Shown piece by piece: positions 53,876 through 62,986 of a stretch of 64,000 nucleotides of DNA (within the stretch, counting starts at the first letter, position 1; every line of letters starts with the position of its first letter). The stretch covers positions 10,454 through 74,453 of IMG/VR virus record IMGVR_UViG_3300048579_000388; one strand, given 5' to 3'. Position numbers and translations under genes: made by a program. Origin of the DNA: a virus (lineage: Duplodnaviria; Caudoviricetes). Below the pieces are notes generated by a model. That model worked only from the letters and a program-made list of their open reading frames with translations, made no database searches and was not told the DNA's origin.

Positions 53876-56375
53876 CCTGGTCATATCGCTGACTGACCGC
53901 GTTAGTGGTCCTGCTCGCGGTATCATGGGCACGCTCGGCCGGTTGAAGCATTCTGCCGACGGCTTCAATCGCAATCAGATGGCGATGACCAGCGGCCTGA
54001 TGTCGAACCTGAAGGGCCTTCTGGCAGCCGCGGCGGCCTATGCCAGCCTGACAGAAGGTATCAGCGGGACGATCGGCGCGGCAATCAAATTTGAAGATTC
54101 GATGTCCGACATCCGCAAAGTGGTGGATTTCGAAAGCCCACAACAATTCAAACAGATGGGCGATGACATTCTGAAGATGTCGCAGCAGCTCGGTATGTCG
54201 ACCAGCTCGATCGCCGCCATTGTCGCGGCGTGGGGGCAGGCGAATGCGAAGCCGGACGAGCTGATGGCTCTGACGGAATTGACGGCCAAGGTGGCAACGG
54301 CGTGGGATACAACGGCAGCCGAAACCGGTGATTCACTCGCAAAGATCCGGACATCGCTCGGCTTGACTGTCGAGCAGACGGGCCTGGTGGCGGATGCGAT
54401 AAATTTCCTTGGCAATACCTCTGCCTCCGGGACGAAGGATCTGTTGAAGTTCTCGCGCGGGCTGAATTCCGGGCAGCTCGCCGGGTTTGCCGCTAAGGAG
54501 ACTTTGGCCTTCGGTGCGGCGATGATCTCGGCCGGGTTTGAGAGCGAGGTGGCAGAGACTAGCTTCCGCAATATGGCATTCGCGCTGACGGCCGGCAGCA
54601 AGGCGACAAAGGAGCAGCGGAGCGCGTTCAAGCGGCTTGGCATGGACGGGAAAAAAGTCTCGAAAGCCATGCAGAAGGACGCCGTTGGCACTACGCTTGC
54701 CGTGCTCGACGCGATCAAGAGACTTCCTAAGGATGAGCAGGGTGCCATTGCAGCGTCGTTGTTCGGCAAGGAGGCTCGCGCAATTCCTGCGCTTCTCAAC
54801 AATCTGCCGGAGCTGCGCCGTCTGCTGGACGGTGTGGCAAATGATGCAAATTACGCTGGCTCGGCACAGAAGGAATTCGACGAAGCAATGAAGCGCACGT
54901 CGATGAACCTTGCCAAGCTGAAGCAGACTGTTGCTGGGATTGGCATCTCGATCGGCCAGCTTGCCTTGCCCAGGCTTAATGAATGGGCCACGACCCTCTC
55001 GGACACCCTCCTGACACTCGATAAGCGCGTTACGATTTTCGACGATCTAGCGGCCGGCATGAAGGGCTTCATGTCCGGTTTGGGATTTGAAGGAGGCTCG
55101 ATCGGCGAGCAGTTCGGAAAGCTTTACGACGGGATTTTTGGCCGTATCCAGGACTTCGAGAAGGACACTGACCGTCTTGGAGCGATCTTCGGTCGATTTC
55201 GGCAATACGGTTCCGATGTAAGGTCATTTGCTGCTGCGGTCGGTGAGACCGTCGGCGGGGTCGAAAAACTTCTTGGTCTCGATGCAGGGAAGATCGGCGC
55301 GACCCTAGGTGTGATCGGAGAAAATGGGTTTAAGCTCATGCTTGCCGGTGTCGGAATTGGCGTGTTGGCCAAGACTGTCCGCGGCTTGGCGGGTGCGCTG
55401 TTCTTCCTTTCGGGTGCCTCGACGGCGGTCGGCATCCTGAAGACGATCGCAGGGCTGAGCGGTACTTTGGCCGGGGCGGCTACCGGAGCATCGCTGACTG
55501 GAACTGCGACGTCGATGGGAACAACGTTCGGCGCAGCCTTTGCCTCGGCAGCTGGCGCTGCGATCGCGGTTGGATTATTGGCTGCCTTGAAAGGCCTTGA
55601 TCCAACTGGCGATCTCTGGGGCACGACCGCGAGATTTGACGACTGGGTGAAGAACAAGACTGGATGGAGCCCGTCAAAGGACGGTCTCAGCGCAGAGCAA
55701 ATCACCGACACGCTTCTGCCGTTCAAAGGTAGCGCTAAGACGCTGTGGGGGCTGCTTTTCCCGGATGCTGATCCGAAAGCGACCAAGCGCGGCAAGGATC
55801 CAGGCGGCTATGACATGGCCGCGCGGGCAGCCTATGCCAGTTCGCCGGCCGGGATTGCCGAGGCCGCGGTGGCGCGTGCTCTTGCCGCCGCGAAAACGCA
55901 CCGCGCCGGAACCGACGAACTGCCTGGTAAGAAGCGCGATGACCAGAATCTCGGTTCGCTCGGAGCATCCGTTTCGTGGCTCGACCGGCTCTCGGAATGG
56001 TGGCGAACGCCGCCCGAGCGGTCATTCCCTGGCAAAGAAGCCGATGACGTATACACCCCGCCCGCGCCGGCGCAGAGCAATTTCTGGCTGGAGTCGATCA
56101 AGGGAATGCTCGGCGCGAATGCTGGACAGCCGCAGTCGGCGCTCGGCGATCTTACGAAGGAAGTCACTGTTGCAGGTACAGTCGTAACTCAGCCGTCCGG
56201 CGTGCAGCAGGTGAGCCTGACCAATCCGCCGCAGCCGAATGTCTATCACATCAACGCGCCTGTCACCGTCAACGAAGCGGCCAACGGGGCCGAGGTGGCG
56301 CGGCAGTTTGCGTCGTCGGTGAAGACGGCGATCGCCGGGACGCATGCGGACATGAACTATCAGGCGCATGCCTGA
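53856..56375 (+). CDS. Tail tape measure protein (TP901 family)
   Basis: AIKFEDSMSDIRKVVDF, ADAINFLGN, AETSFRNM, LFGKEARAI. Confidence 0.93.
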   Translation: MAKLTSSLVISLTDRVSGPARGIMGTLGRLKHSADGFNRNQMAMTSGLMSNLKGLLAAAAAYASLTEGISGTIGAAIKFEDSMSDIRKVVDFESPQQFKQMGDDILKMSQQLGMSTSSIAAIVAAWGQANAKPDELMALTELTAKVATAWDTTAAETGDSLAKIRTSLGLTVEQTGLVADAINFLGNTSASGTKDLLKFSRGLNSGQLAGFAAKETLAFGAAMISAGFESEVAETSFRNMAFALTAGSKATKEQRSAFKRLGMDGKKVSKAMQKDAVGTTLAVLDAIKRLPKDEQGAIAASLFGKEARAIPALLNNLPELRRLLDGVANDANYAGSAQKEFDEAMKRTSMNLAKLKQTVAGIGISIGQLALPRLNEWATTLSDTLLTLDKRVTIFDDLAAGMKGFMSGLGFEGGSIGEQFGKLYDGIFGRIQDFEKDTDRLGAIFGRFRQYGSDVRSFAAAVGETVGGVEKLLGLDAGKIGATLGVIGENGFKLMLAGVGIGVLAKTVRGLAGALFFLSGASTAVGILKTIAGLSGTLAGAATGASLTGTATSMGTTFGAAFASAAGAAIAVGLLAALKGLDPTGDLWGTTARFDDWVKNKTGWSPSKDGLSAEQITDTLLPFKGSAKTLWGLLFPDADPKATKRGKDPGGYDMAARAAYASSPAGIAEAAVARALAAAKTHRAGTDELPGKKRDDQNLGSLGASVSWLDRLSEWWRTPPERSFPGKEADDVYTPPAPAQSNFWLESIKGMLGANAGQPQSALGDLTKEVTVAGTVVTQPSGVQQVSLTNPPQPNVYHINAPVTVNEAANGAEVARQFASSVKTAIAGTHADMNYQAHA

Positions 56376-56422
56376 CGAGATCCGCGCCCGGCGGTACCGG
56401 GTTTTCACAATGGAGAAGACGC

Positions 56423-56659
56423 ATGAGCGTACGAGCAAAGTTCCAGTGCCTGTCCATCACCAACTTTCACCACCATCAGGCCGACGCCGTGCAGGCCGAG
56501 GTTCGCCTGGCGGCGGTTTATGGGACGGGGAAGGAAAACGAAACTTGGTCCAAGTGGACGCCTAGCGGTGAGATCAAGATGATGATCACCAACCCCGCCG
56601 CGATCGAGAAATTCGAGCTCGGCAAGGAATATTTCGTCGACTTCACGTCGGCTAGCTAA
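56423..56659 (+). CDS. Small conserved phage protein
   Basis: GGAGAAG SD; MSVRAKFQC...WSKWTPSGEIKMMITNP...GKEYFVDF. Confidence 0.7.
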   Translation: MSVRAKFQCLSITNFHHHQADAVQAEVRLAAVYGTGKENETWSKWTPSGEIKMMITNPAAIEKFELGKEYFVDFTSAS

Positions 56660-56679
56660 CGGAAACAGGGAACGGCTGC

Positions 56680-57117
56680 ATGCTTTACATGCTCGGCACG
56701 CTGACGGTGGATACGCGGCCGTTTTCCATCGATGCCATGGAGCGGGCCTCCGATGCTTCGATTGTCGCAAAGCCGGTCATTGGTGGTGCGCAGCCGAAGG
56801 AATTCACCGGGGAGGGGGAGGATGACATCACCATTTCTGGTGAGATCCTACCCTTCCATATCGGCGGGCTCAATCATCTCGAAACCGCGCATGCCATGCG
56901 CAAGGCAGGGACACGGTTTCCTCTGCTGCGCGGCGACGGCTGGGCTCCGGGCTGGTATGCGATCACCAAGATCAGTGAGAAGCATTCGGAGCTCGGTAGA
57001 AACGGCGTCGGCTTCAAGGTGGCGCATTCGATCACGATGACGAAAACAGGCATGGATACGGCGACCGGCTACCAGGTCATTTCCGGTCTGCTCTCGCTGT
57101 TCTCCGCGTTCCGATAG
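56680..57117 (+). CDS. Tail protein (P2 GpU family)
   Basis: MLYMLG...GEGEDDITISGEILP...LLRGDG...GWYAITKISE. Confidence 0.88.
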   Translation: MLYMLGTLTVDTRPFSIDAMERASDASIVAKPVIGGAQPKEFTGEGEDDITISGEILPFHIGGLNHLETAHAMRKAGTRFPLLRGDGWAPGWYAITKISEKHSELGRNGVGFKVAHSITMTKTGMDTATGYQVISGLLSLFSAFR

Positions 57118-57126
57118 GTCCACATC

Positions 57127-57363
57127 ATGAACGAGACGATCACGATCCGAGGTGAGGGCATCTCGGTCGACCTTCTGCTGTGGCGGAAATTCGGCGTGCG
57201 CGGCCGCGAGCTGGTAGAGACGGTTTTCGATATCAATCCGGGACTGGCGGCGCTGGGGCCGTTCCTGCCGCTGGGAACAACAGTGATTGTTCCACCGCTG
57301 CCGGCTGAAAGCCGGACGCCAGTCAAGTTGGTGACGCTATTTTCTGCGCCGGGGTCTGTCTAA
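57127..57363 (+). CDS. Tail protein X
   Basis: VDLLLWRKFG...VFDINPGLA...LPLGTTVIVP. Confidence 0.88.
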   Translation: MNETITIRGEGISVDLLLWRKFGVRGRELVETVFDINPGLAALGPFLPLGTTVIVPPLPAESRTPVKLVTLFSAPGSV

Positions 57364-58355
57364 TGCCCTGGATCGTTGATTGGCAGGTGAGCGTCAACGG
57401 ACAGGATATGAGCGGCAGCATGCGGCCGTTCCTGACCGAGATTGAAGTGAATGACAAAGCCGGGTCTTCTGCAGACACATGCTCATTGAAGCTCGATGAC
57501 AGTTCGGGCGTGCTGGCCTTTCCGAGCGAGGGCAGCCAGGTGTTTGTGTCCCTGATGGGAGTGCCGGTCTTCCAAGGGATCGTCGATGACACGAAGAGCG
57601 ATGGCAGCCGCGGTGGCGGGCGGTTTCTGACCGTCAACGCCAAGGGATTCGATACGCGCGGGAAGGCGAAGGAGGGGCAGAGCTTCCACAAGGATGACAG
57701 CACGCTCGACGACTTCCTGCAAGAATCGGCGAAGCGGGCGGGCTTTTCCGTTAGCGTCGACAGCTCGCTCGCCTCGAAGCAGCGGTCCTATTGGGCAGCG
57801 GACAATGAAAGCTTTCTCGGGGTCGGGGAAAAGCTGGCACGCGAGTTCAATGCGACTTTCAAGATCCGCGGCACGCAGGCCGTGTTCGTGCCGCGCAATT
57901 CGATGCTGCTCGGTCCCGTGATCGGTCGCGTGGGGCCGGGGGGTAATGTGATCAACTGGAGCATTTCGCCCTATACCGGGCGTGGGGCCTATACCAAGGC
58001 TAAGGCACGGTGGTTCGACCGGAAGACGGCGAAATTCGAGGAAAAGGAAATCGAGGTCGGATCGTCTCGGCCGCTGCCCGAAAGCACCAATGTCGTGCGG
58101 TCGCTTGCTGCCGATGAGGCGCAGGCAACCGACATGGCTGAAGGCCGGAAGAGCGAGAGCGAGCGCGACGGCGGGCAGGGGAGCGTTGAGCTAGACCTCG
58201 AGCCGACGGCGCAGGCGGAGGGGATGTTCACGCTGATCGGCGCCCGGGCCGGGGTGGACGGGACATATCGGATCGAGGGCGTGAAGCACAAGGCAAGCCG
58301 GTCGGGTGGGGCGACGACGGGGCTGGATTTGAAACAGCCGCAAGTGGGTGGTTAA
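57363..58355 (+). CDS. Late control D / baseplate hub protein
   Basis: IEVNDKAGSSADTCSLKLDD, ESFL...LAREFNATFKIRG, GVDGTYRIEGVKH. Confidence 0.9.
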   Translation: MPWIVDWQVSVNGQDMSGSMRPFLTEIEVNDKAGSSADTCSLKLDDSSGVLAFPSEGSQVFVSLMGVPVFQGIVDDTKSDGSRGGGRFLTVNAKGFDTRGKAKEGQSFHKDDSTLDDFLQESAKRAGFSVSVDSSLASKQRSYWAADNESFLGVGEKLAREFNATFKIRGTQAVFVPRNSMLLGPVIGRVGPGGNVINWSISPYTGRGAYTKAKARWFDRKTAKFEEKEIEVGSSRPLPESTNVVRSLAADEAQATDMAEGRKSESERDGGQGSVELDLEPTAQAEGMFTLIGARAGVDGTYRIEGVKHKASRSGGATTGLDLKQPQVGG

Positions 58356-58561
58356 CGGCGCTGTATGTAATGGCCGACGGAGGCGATGGCCGCACTTGCC
58401 GCGGCGCCATCAATGCCAACAAGCTTTTGCGTTAGATCTTGTTGCTTCCAGTACACCCAGTTGCCACCGTCAGGATGTTTTGGAAGATCTTTGTTCCCCT
58501 GCTGCACTAGCAGAAAAGGGGAAGTAGGCTTCTGAGCCGACCAATAAATGTCTGAAATCAC
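58352..58561 (-). CDS. Small antisense hypothetical protein (69 aa, GTG start)
   Basis: AGGAG SD before GTG at 58561; low-GC insert between tail and lysis genes. Confidence 0.45.
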   Translation of the reverse strand: MISDIYWSAQKPTSPFLLVQQGNKDLPKHPDGGNWVYWKQQDLTQKLVGIDGAAASAAIASVGHYIQRR

Positions 58562-58699
58562 AGCATTACTCCTAATTGAAAATCTAACCGATGAGGGTTC
58601 AACCACATATGTGGGTTTTGGCTTCCGGCAAAGCAAGCGCTCGCTAACCGTGATCGCTGCACAATCATCCCTAGAAAATTGAAACGAAAGGAAAACGCG

Positions 58700-59350
58700 A
58701 TGGATCGCACCAAATTTTACGGTGCTGTGCGCACCCCTGTGTTCGCCGGCAAATTGGATCAAGGCCAGGTCGACGGCATGAATGCCATGCTCGACGAATT
58801 CGCGGCGCAGAAGATCCCGCTGGATCAGCAGGCCTATATGCTGGCCACAGCGTTTCATGAGACGTCGGGGCATATGCTGCCTGTGATGGAAACGCGGCAG
58901 CCGGAGGAGAGCAAAAACCCAAGTGTCGACATGGCGATCGGGCGGCTCGAGAGTTCGTGGAAACGCGGTCGGTTGCCCTGGGTGAAGAAACCCTACTGGC
59001 GCAAGGATGCCGAGGGCAAGAGCTGGCTCGGCCGAGGCCTGCCGCAGCTGACCCATAAGGTGAATTACCTGAAGGTCGGCAAGGCGATCGGCGTCGACCT
59101 GGTGGCCAATCCTGATACGGCGCTCCGCACCGATATCGCCGTGAAGATCATGATCGTGGGCATGCAGCTCGGCATCTTCACCGGCAAGCGGATGGACGAT
59201 TTCCTTGATGGCGTCGATGACGCGGATGCCAAGGATTACAAGCAATTCACGGCGGCGCGTGTCGTGGTGAACGGCAAGGACAAGGCCGAGCATATTGCCC
59301 AGCATGCCCTGAAATTCGAGGCGGCGCTGAAGGCGGCCGGGGTGAGCTGA
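58700..59350 (+). CDS. Endolysin, glycoside hydrolase family 19-like
   Basis: AYMLATAFHET...E...GRGLPQLTHKVNY...ARVVVNG. Confidence 0.88.
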   Translation: MDRTKFYGAVRTPVFAGKLDQGQVDGMNAMLDEFAAQKIPLDQQAYMLATAFHETSGHMLPVMETRQPEESKNPSVDMAIGRLESSWKRGRLPWVKKPYWRKDAEGKSWLGRGLPQLTHKVNYLKVGKAIGVDLVANPDTALRTDIAVKIMIVGMQLGIFTGKRMDDFLDGVDDADAKDYKQFTAARVVVNGKDKAEHIAQHALKFEAALKAAGVS

Positions 59351-59352
59351 TC

Positions 59353-59655
59353 ATGGCGGCCAAAAAGACCGGCGAGCCCGGATGGAAGTGGCGACGGGTG
59401 GTGATCTTCCCCGTCGTCGCCTGGGCGTGCTGGCAGCTGATGCTGCTGATCAATGCGCCCGACACGAAGGTCAATGAGATGATCGCCTATGGCTGGCTGA
59501 TGCTGATCGGCATCCTGGTGCTCGGCTATACCGGGTTTGCCACGGTGCAGGATGTCATCGCCATCTGGCGGACCGGGACGGGGCTTCCCTACAAAGATCC
59601 GCCGGCAGCGATCGATGGTGCGCCGCAGCCGGCGCCAGGGGAGGAGAGACTGTGA
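59353..59655 (+). CDS. Putative holin (two TM segments)
   Basis: WKWRRVVIFPVVAWAC...GWLMLIGILVLGY directly after the endolysin. Confidence 0.65.
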   Translation: MAAKKTGEPGWKWRRVVIFPVVAWACWQLMLLINAPDTKVNEMIAYGWLMLIGILVLGYTGFATVQDVIAIWRTGTGLPYKDPPAAIDGAPQPAPGEERL

Positions 59656-59906
59656 GGATCATCATTGCTGTGATCGCGGTTGCCGTGGCGATCGGTGGCA
59701 TCATCCTCTACCTCGGCCATCGAGAGGACGCGGCAGAGCAGCGCGGCGTCGACAAGCAGGTGGCGGCGGATATCGCCAAAGCCAATCAGGAAATCGCGAC
59801 CAGGAGGGAAACCGATGCGCAGTTCAATCGGCTGGATGCTCATGCTTTGTGCATTGAGTATGGCCTTGAATGGGTGTTCGAAGACGGAAAGAGCCTTTGT
59901 CGTTGA
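59652..59906 (+). CDS. Putative i-spanin (Rz-like)
   Basis: N-terminal TM followed by a helical periplasmic segment. Confidence 0.65.
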   Translation: MRIIIAVIAVAVAIGGIILYLGHREDAAEQRGVDKQVAADIAKANQEIATRRETDAQFNRLDAHALCIEYGLEWVFEDGKSLCR

Positions 59907-60039
59907 TGGCGCCGGCTACGCGATGTTGACGCCATCGCGCGAGACGAAGGCGTTCATCGTCAATAATGATCCGCCCTTTGCGCGGCAGGTGCTGGCGCAT
60001 AATGCGACCTGTGCGCGGATGACGGGCTGCGCGAAATAG
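59836..60039 (+). CDS. Putative o-spanin lipoprotein (Rz1-like)
   Basis: MLMLCALSMALNGC lipobox; overlaps the i-spanin 3' end in another frame. Confidence 0.7.
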   Translation: MLMLCALSMALNGCSKTERAFVVDGAGYAMLTPSRETKAFIVNNDPPFARQVLAHNATCARMTGCAK

Positions 60040-60067
60040 GCCTCGCCACCGCAGTTGGGAATTATCG

Positions 60068-60286
60068 ATGGATCTGATCCCGCTTTTCGAGATGTTGGTG
60101 AAGGCCTATGGCGGGCAGGCCGGGCTGTTTGCCATCATGCTGTGGATCATCATCGTGCTCGCCCGAAAGTACGACACCGTCATGCAGGCGCGCATCAAGG
60201 AAGGCGTCGAGACCGCTCTGGCCATGGATCGGCACACCAAGACGATCGAGGCGCTGATCGAGCTGATCAAGGATCGTCGCCCATGA
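60068..60286 (+). CDS. Small membrane protein (holin-like)
   Basis: GQAGLFAIMLWIIIVLA TM followed by a coiled segment. Confidence 0.55.
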   Translation: MDLIPLFEMLVKAYGGQAGLFAIMLWIIIVLARKYDTVMQARIKEGVETALAMDRHTKTIEALIELIKDRRP

Positions 60287-60480
60287 GGATCGAGCGGATG
60301 CTGAAGATGCTTTTTTCCCCGCGAAGCGAGCGGAACGAGGAAGTGACACGGCAAGTGGCGGCGGCCTTAGCCGCGCATGCCGAGGCCTCGGACCGGCTCA
60401 ACCAGACGATATCAGATCTGCTCGAAGAGAATGACCGCGTGACGGGGAGAAAGCCGCATGTTCGTAAGTCTTCTAACTAA
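60283..60480 (+). CDS. Small hypothetical protein
   Basis: ATGA overlap with the upstream gene. Confidence 0.55.
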   Translation: MRIERMLKMLFSPRSERNEEVTRQVAAALAAHAEASDRLNQTISDLLEENDRVTGRKPHVRKSSN

Positions 60481-60949
60481 CCGGGTGACGTTCGGCGCGC
60501 TGGCGCTCGCCACGTTGTTTTTCGGACTGATCGGTTACGCGGATCTCGAAGGGTTGATCATCGTGCTCAATGGGGTCTTTGCCGGCTCTATGGTGGCGAT
60601 TTGCGTTGCCTATCACCAGTTGATCATCGGGGCTGCGCTCGGCGTGGGGGAATATAATCGCGTGCGGCAGATGACGATCGGCTTCGCGGTGATGTGGACG
60701 GTGATCTGTCTATCAGCGGTGGGCTCGATCTATGCGCGCTCGAAGGGTGCAGAATTGACCGCGCCATTGCTTACAGCCTTGATCCGCTATCTGGCGATCA
60801 TTGGCGCCGTCATGCAGATCACGGCGCCGGACTTCGGCCTCGGCCCGTTTCACGGCCGTGATCGAAAGACGTTGTGGACCGGCTTTATGCTAGGTCTGGC
60901 GACAGCGGCAGCCACGATCTGGTTTCAGGATCGGACGCTGCTGTTCTAA
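60458..60949 (+). CDS. Multi-pass membrane protein
   Basis: Four to five hydrophobic segments in 163 aa. Confidence 0.7.
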   Translation: MFVSLLTNRVTFGALALATLFFGLIGYADLEGLIIVLNGVFAGSMVAICVAYHQLIIGAALGVGEYNRVRQMTIGFAVMWTVICLSAVGSIYARSKGAELTAPLLTALIRYLAIIGAVMQITAPDFGLGPFHGRDRKTLWTGFMLGLATAAATIWFQDRTLLF

Positions 60950-60998
60950 GGAACCGCAACGCCTGCCGGTTGTTCGGCGAATTCATGCATCAAGTGCT

Positions 60999-61029
60999 GC
61001 CCGGCCGTTCACGCGGCCGGGCTTTTTTT
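60999..61029 (+). terminator. Intrinsic terminator at the end of the late operon
   Basis: GCCCGGCCG-TTCACG-CGGCCGGGC followed by T7. Confidence 0.85.
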
Positions 61030-61039
61030 GTGCCAGGTG

Positions 61040-61375
61040 TTAGAATGGAATATCGTCATCCGACGCGCCAGGGATATCCGGTGCGATGAACTCTCGATAC
61101 TCATCGATAACAAGGAACGCTTCATGCGCTATGGCTGGCTCGATGTCGTCGCGCACGACAAGGGTGTGGAAGTCGATGAAAAGAGCGAGAGCGCTGGCGT
61201 CACCGTCAAGTCGTCGTGTCGCCGCATAGGCGGCGCCACCGGTCCTCTCATAGGGCTTAGTCCAGTCGGGGTCGTTTCGTTCGAGCAGGCGACCGACCTT
61301 AACTCTTCCGGCTGTCGGGGAGTTTTCGCTAGTTGCAGGCGTCCATGCTATCAGCGCGTCTCTGGCCTTCATCGT
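61040..61375 (-). CDS. Hypothetical protein ending in SSB-like DDDIPF
   Basis: MKARDALIAW...GASDDDIPF; start uncertain (ORF extends to 61399). Confidence 0.6.
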   Translation of the reverse strand, partial: TMKARDALIAWTPATSENSPTAGRVKVGRLLERNDPDWTKPYERTGGAAYAATRRLDGDASALALFIDFHTLVVRDDIEPAIAHEAFLVIDEYREFIAPDIPGASDDDIPF

Positions 61376-61386
61376 GAGCCTCATGT

Positions 61387-61791
61387 TTATCGGTTGCACC
61401 AGCTTTGACGCTTGCCCTCCCAGGGTCTCGCCAAACCATCCATAACCAAGATCTCGCCGATGTCCGCTCCGTTAACAAGTACCCGCGCCAGTGTTCGGCC
61501 GTGACGGTCCTTCGTGCGGTTGCCATCGCCGCGCAGCAATGTGACCGACGAGCCGTCGCCAATCAGTTCGCGCACACGTTTACGGGCGAGAACCGCGAGT
61601 CGCTTCTCAGCGTCACATCCGGCGTGATGCAGTTCCGGAGCATCGATATTGAGGATGCGGACTGTCTCGCCATCGACCTCGATCGTGTCGCCGTCGATGA
61701 TGCGCGGAGCGGCGTGGGCCGGCATTGCTATGGCCATCATGGCGGCGTAAACGAGGGCGATTTTGTGAGAGCGCTGTGAGAGAAATTCCAC
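61387..61791 (-). CDS. Exported thermonuclease (SNase) family protein
   Basis: IIDGDT, VRILNIDAPE, DRHGRTLA, LVMDGLA; signal-like leader; start GTG 61791 or ATG 61740. Confidence 0.88.
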   Translation of the reverse strand: MEFLSQRSHKIALVYAAMMAIAMPAHAAPRIIDGDTIEVDGETVRILNIDAPELHHAGCDAEKRLAVLARKRVRELIGDGSSVTLLRGDGNRTKDRHGRTLARVLVNGADIGEILVMDGLARPWEGKRQSWCNR

Positions 61792-61865
61792 TTTGTTCTT
61801 TCCCTGTTCTTGGTCTTCTGGGTTGAACGATAGGAGATTCGCTGATACTGCGTCCATCTCCGTTC

Positions 61866-61913
61866 GGTTTGGGACCAGAGGGTCGGGAGTTCGAATCTCT
61901 CCACTCCGACCAT
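61866..61913 (+). repeat. attR core (copy of the tRNA-Pro 3' part)
   Basis: 48-bp identity to 5129-5176. Confidence 0.95.
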
Positions 61914-62087
61914 TCAGCGGTCTGAAAGCGTTGAATGGCACCAAATTTTGGCGAGCGTCGTCGATGACTGGGGACACGTTGGCGCTTCGGGCGGCAAATA
62001 GGACATCGCGGACGGAGCAGCCATCTTTTGGATGCGGCGGGTTGTTTGCGACACGAGTAGGTTCGGTCCGCACCTATCCACGAGACT

Positions 62088-62690
62088 TCACTTGTCGCCG
62101 TGACGGTCTTTGATCAGTTCGATCTGCGCTGCCTTCTTGGCAGCACGACGATTGGTTGACGCCTTCCGCTTCTCGCGCCGGATCGCGGCGGCTGTCGCAA
62201 AGTCGATGGGCCGCTCATCGGTATAGATAAGCTTCCCGGTTTCGACGACGAACGCCCTTGGAATCTTTGGATTGTTGATATCCCGGCGATTGCCGAGCCA
62301 CTTGGCCTCCCATCCCGCGAAATAGACCTCGAGCTGTGCAGGCGCCATCGAATAGGCCCGCCGCATCTCGATACCCTCGTAAATGGCGAACACCCATTGG
62401 ACATCCCGGTATTTGTCGATGATGGTCTTGTTGATGTGGTGATTGGTGGAGAAGCTGTCCGTCAGCCAGATGTTGACGCTCTTGAGTTCGTATTCCCGGC
62501 CTTCCATGTCGACTGCGTCGTTGCCCTCGCGCCCCGGAATTCCCTGAAGGTTCAGGGCGAGTAGCATCTGCAATATCTTGCCGCCATTGTCCTGGAAGAT
62601 GTCGTCTATGCCGTGCTCGCGGGCCAGGCTTTGGAACGCCCGCACGGACGGCATCAGCGCCTCCAGGCGCTCCCAGTCCTTGTGTTTCAT
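62088..62690 (-). CDS. PvuII-like type II restriction endonuclease
   Basis: HGIDDIFQDNGGK, GREGNDAVD, EYELKS and DINNPKIP match recalled R.PvuII. Confidence 0.93.
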   Translation of the reverse strand: MKHKDWERLEALMPSVRAFQSLAREHGIDDIFQDNGGKILQMLLALNLQGIPGREGNDAVDMEGREYELKSVNIWLTDSFSTNHHINKTIIDKYRDVQWVFAIYEGIEMRRAYSMAPAQLEVYFAGWEAKWLGNRRDINNPKIPRAFVVETGKLIYTDERPIDFATAAAIRREKRKASTNRRAAKKAAQIELIKDRHGDK

Positions 62691-62920
62691 CGTCCCTCCC
62701 TGACAAGGTCGGACACGGAAATATCGAGGCCACGTGCAATCTTCGCGAGGTTGTCGAGACCGACGTTCCGCTCCTCCCGCTCGATACCCCCTAGATAGTT
62801 CCGATGAATCCCTGCCGCTGCGGCGAGAGCCTCTTGGCTCAAGCCACGCTCCGCCCTAAACCTCCGCAGGTTGGTTGCCAGAATCTGTCTGATCGTTATC
62901 TTTTGCGGTGAATCGTTCAC
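62687..62920 (-). CDS. R-M controller (C) protein, XRE HTH
   Basis: NLRRFRAERGLSQEALA...IHRNYLGGIEREERNVGLDNL; ATGA overlap with the REase. Confidence 0.9.
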   Translation of the reverse strand: MNDSPQKITIRQILATNLRRFRAERGLSQEALAAAAGIHRNYLGGIEREERNVGLDNLAKIARGLDISVSDLVREGR

Positions 62921-62941
62921 ACGGCCAGATTGACCGGTGAA

Positions 62942-62967
62942 CACTATGAGTCTACATACGATAAGTG
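62942..62967 (-). promoter_or_regulatory. C-box operator pair (11-4-11)
   Basis: Minus strand CACTTATCGTA-TGTA-GACTCATAGTG, 21 nt upstream of the C start; similar to recalled PvuII C-boxes (GACT-N3-AGTC, TGTA spacer). Confidence 0.7.
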
Positions 62968-62986
62968 TGATCCCGCGGATAAGAAT

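Noticed and set aside
61866-61913. Second tRNA-Pro gene
   Set aside because: Only the 3' 47 nt of the tRNA are present; the acceptor 5' strand and D-arm are missing, so it is attR.
61387-62073. 228-aa ORF spanning attR
   Set aside because: The N-terminal part reads through the tRNA-derived att repeat and flanking DNA; only the SNase portion (from 61791 or 61740) looks like a gene.
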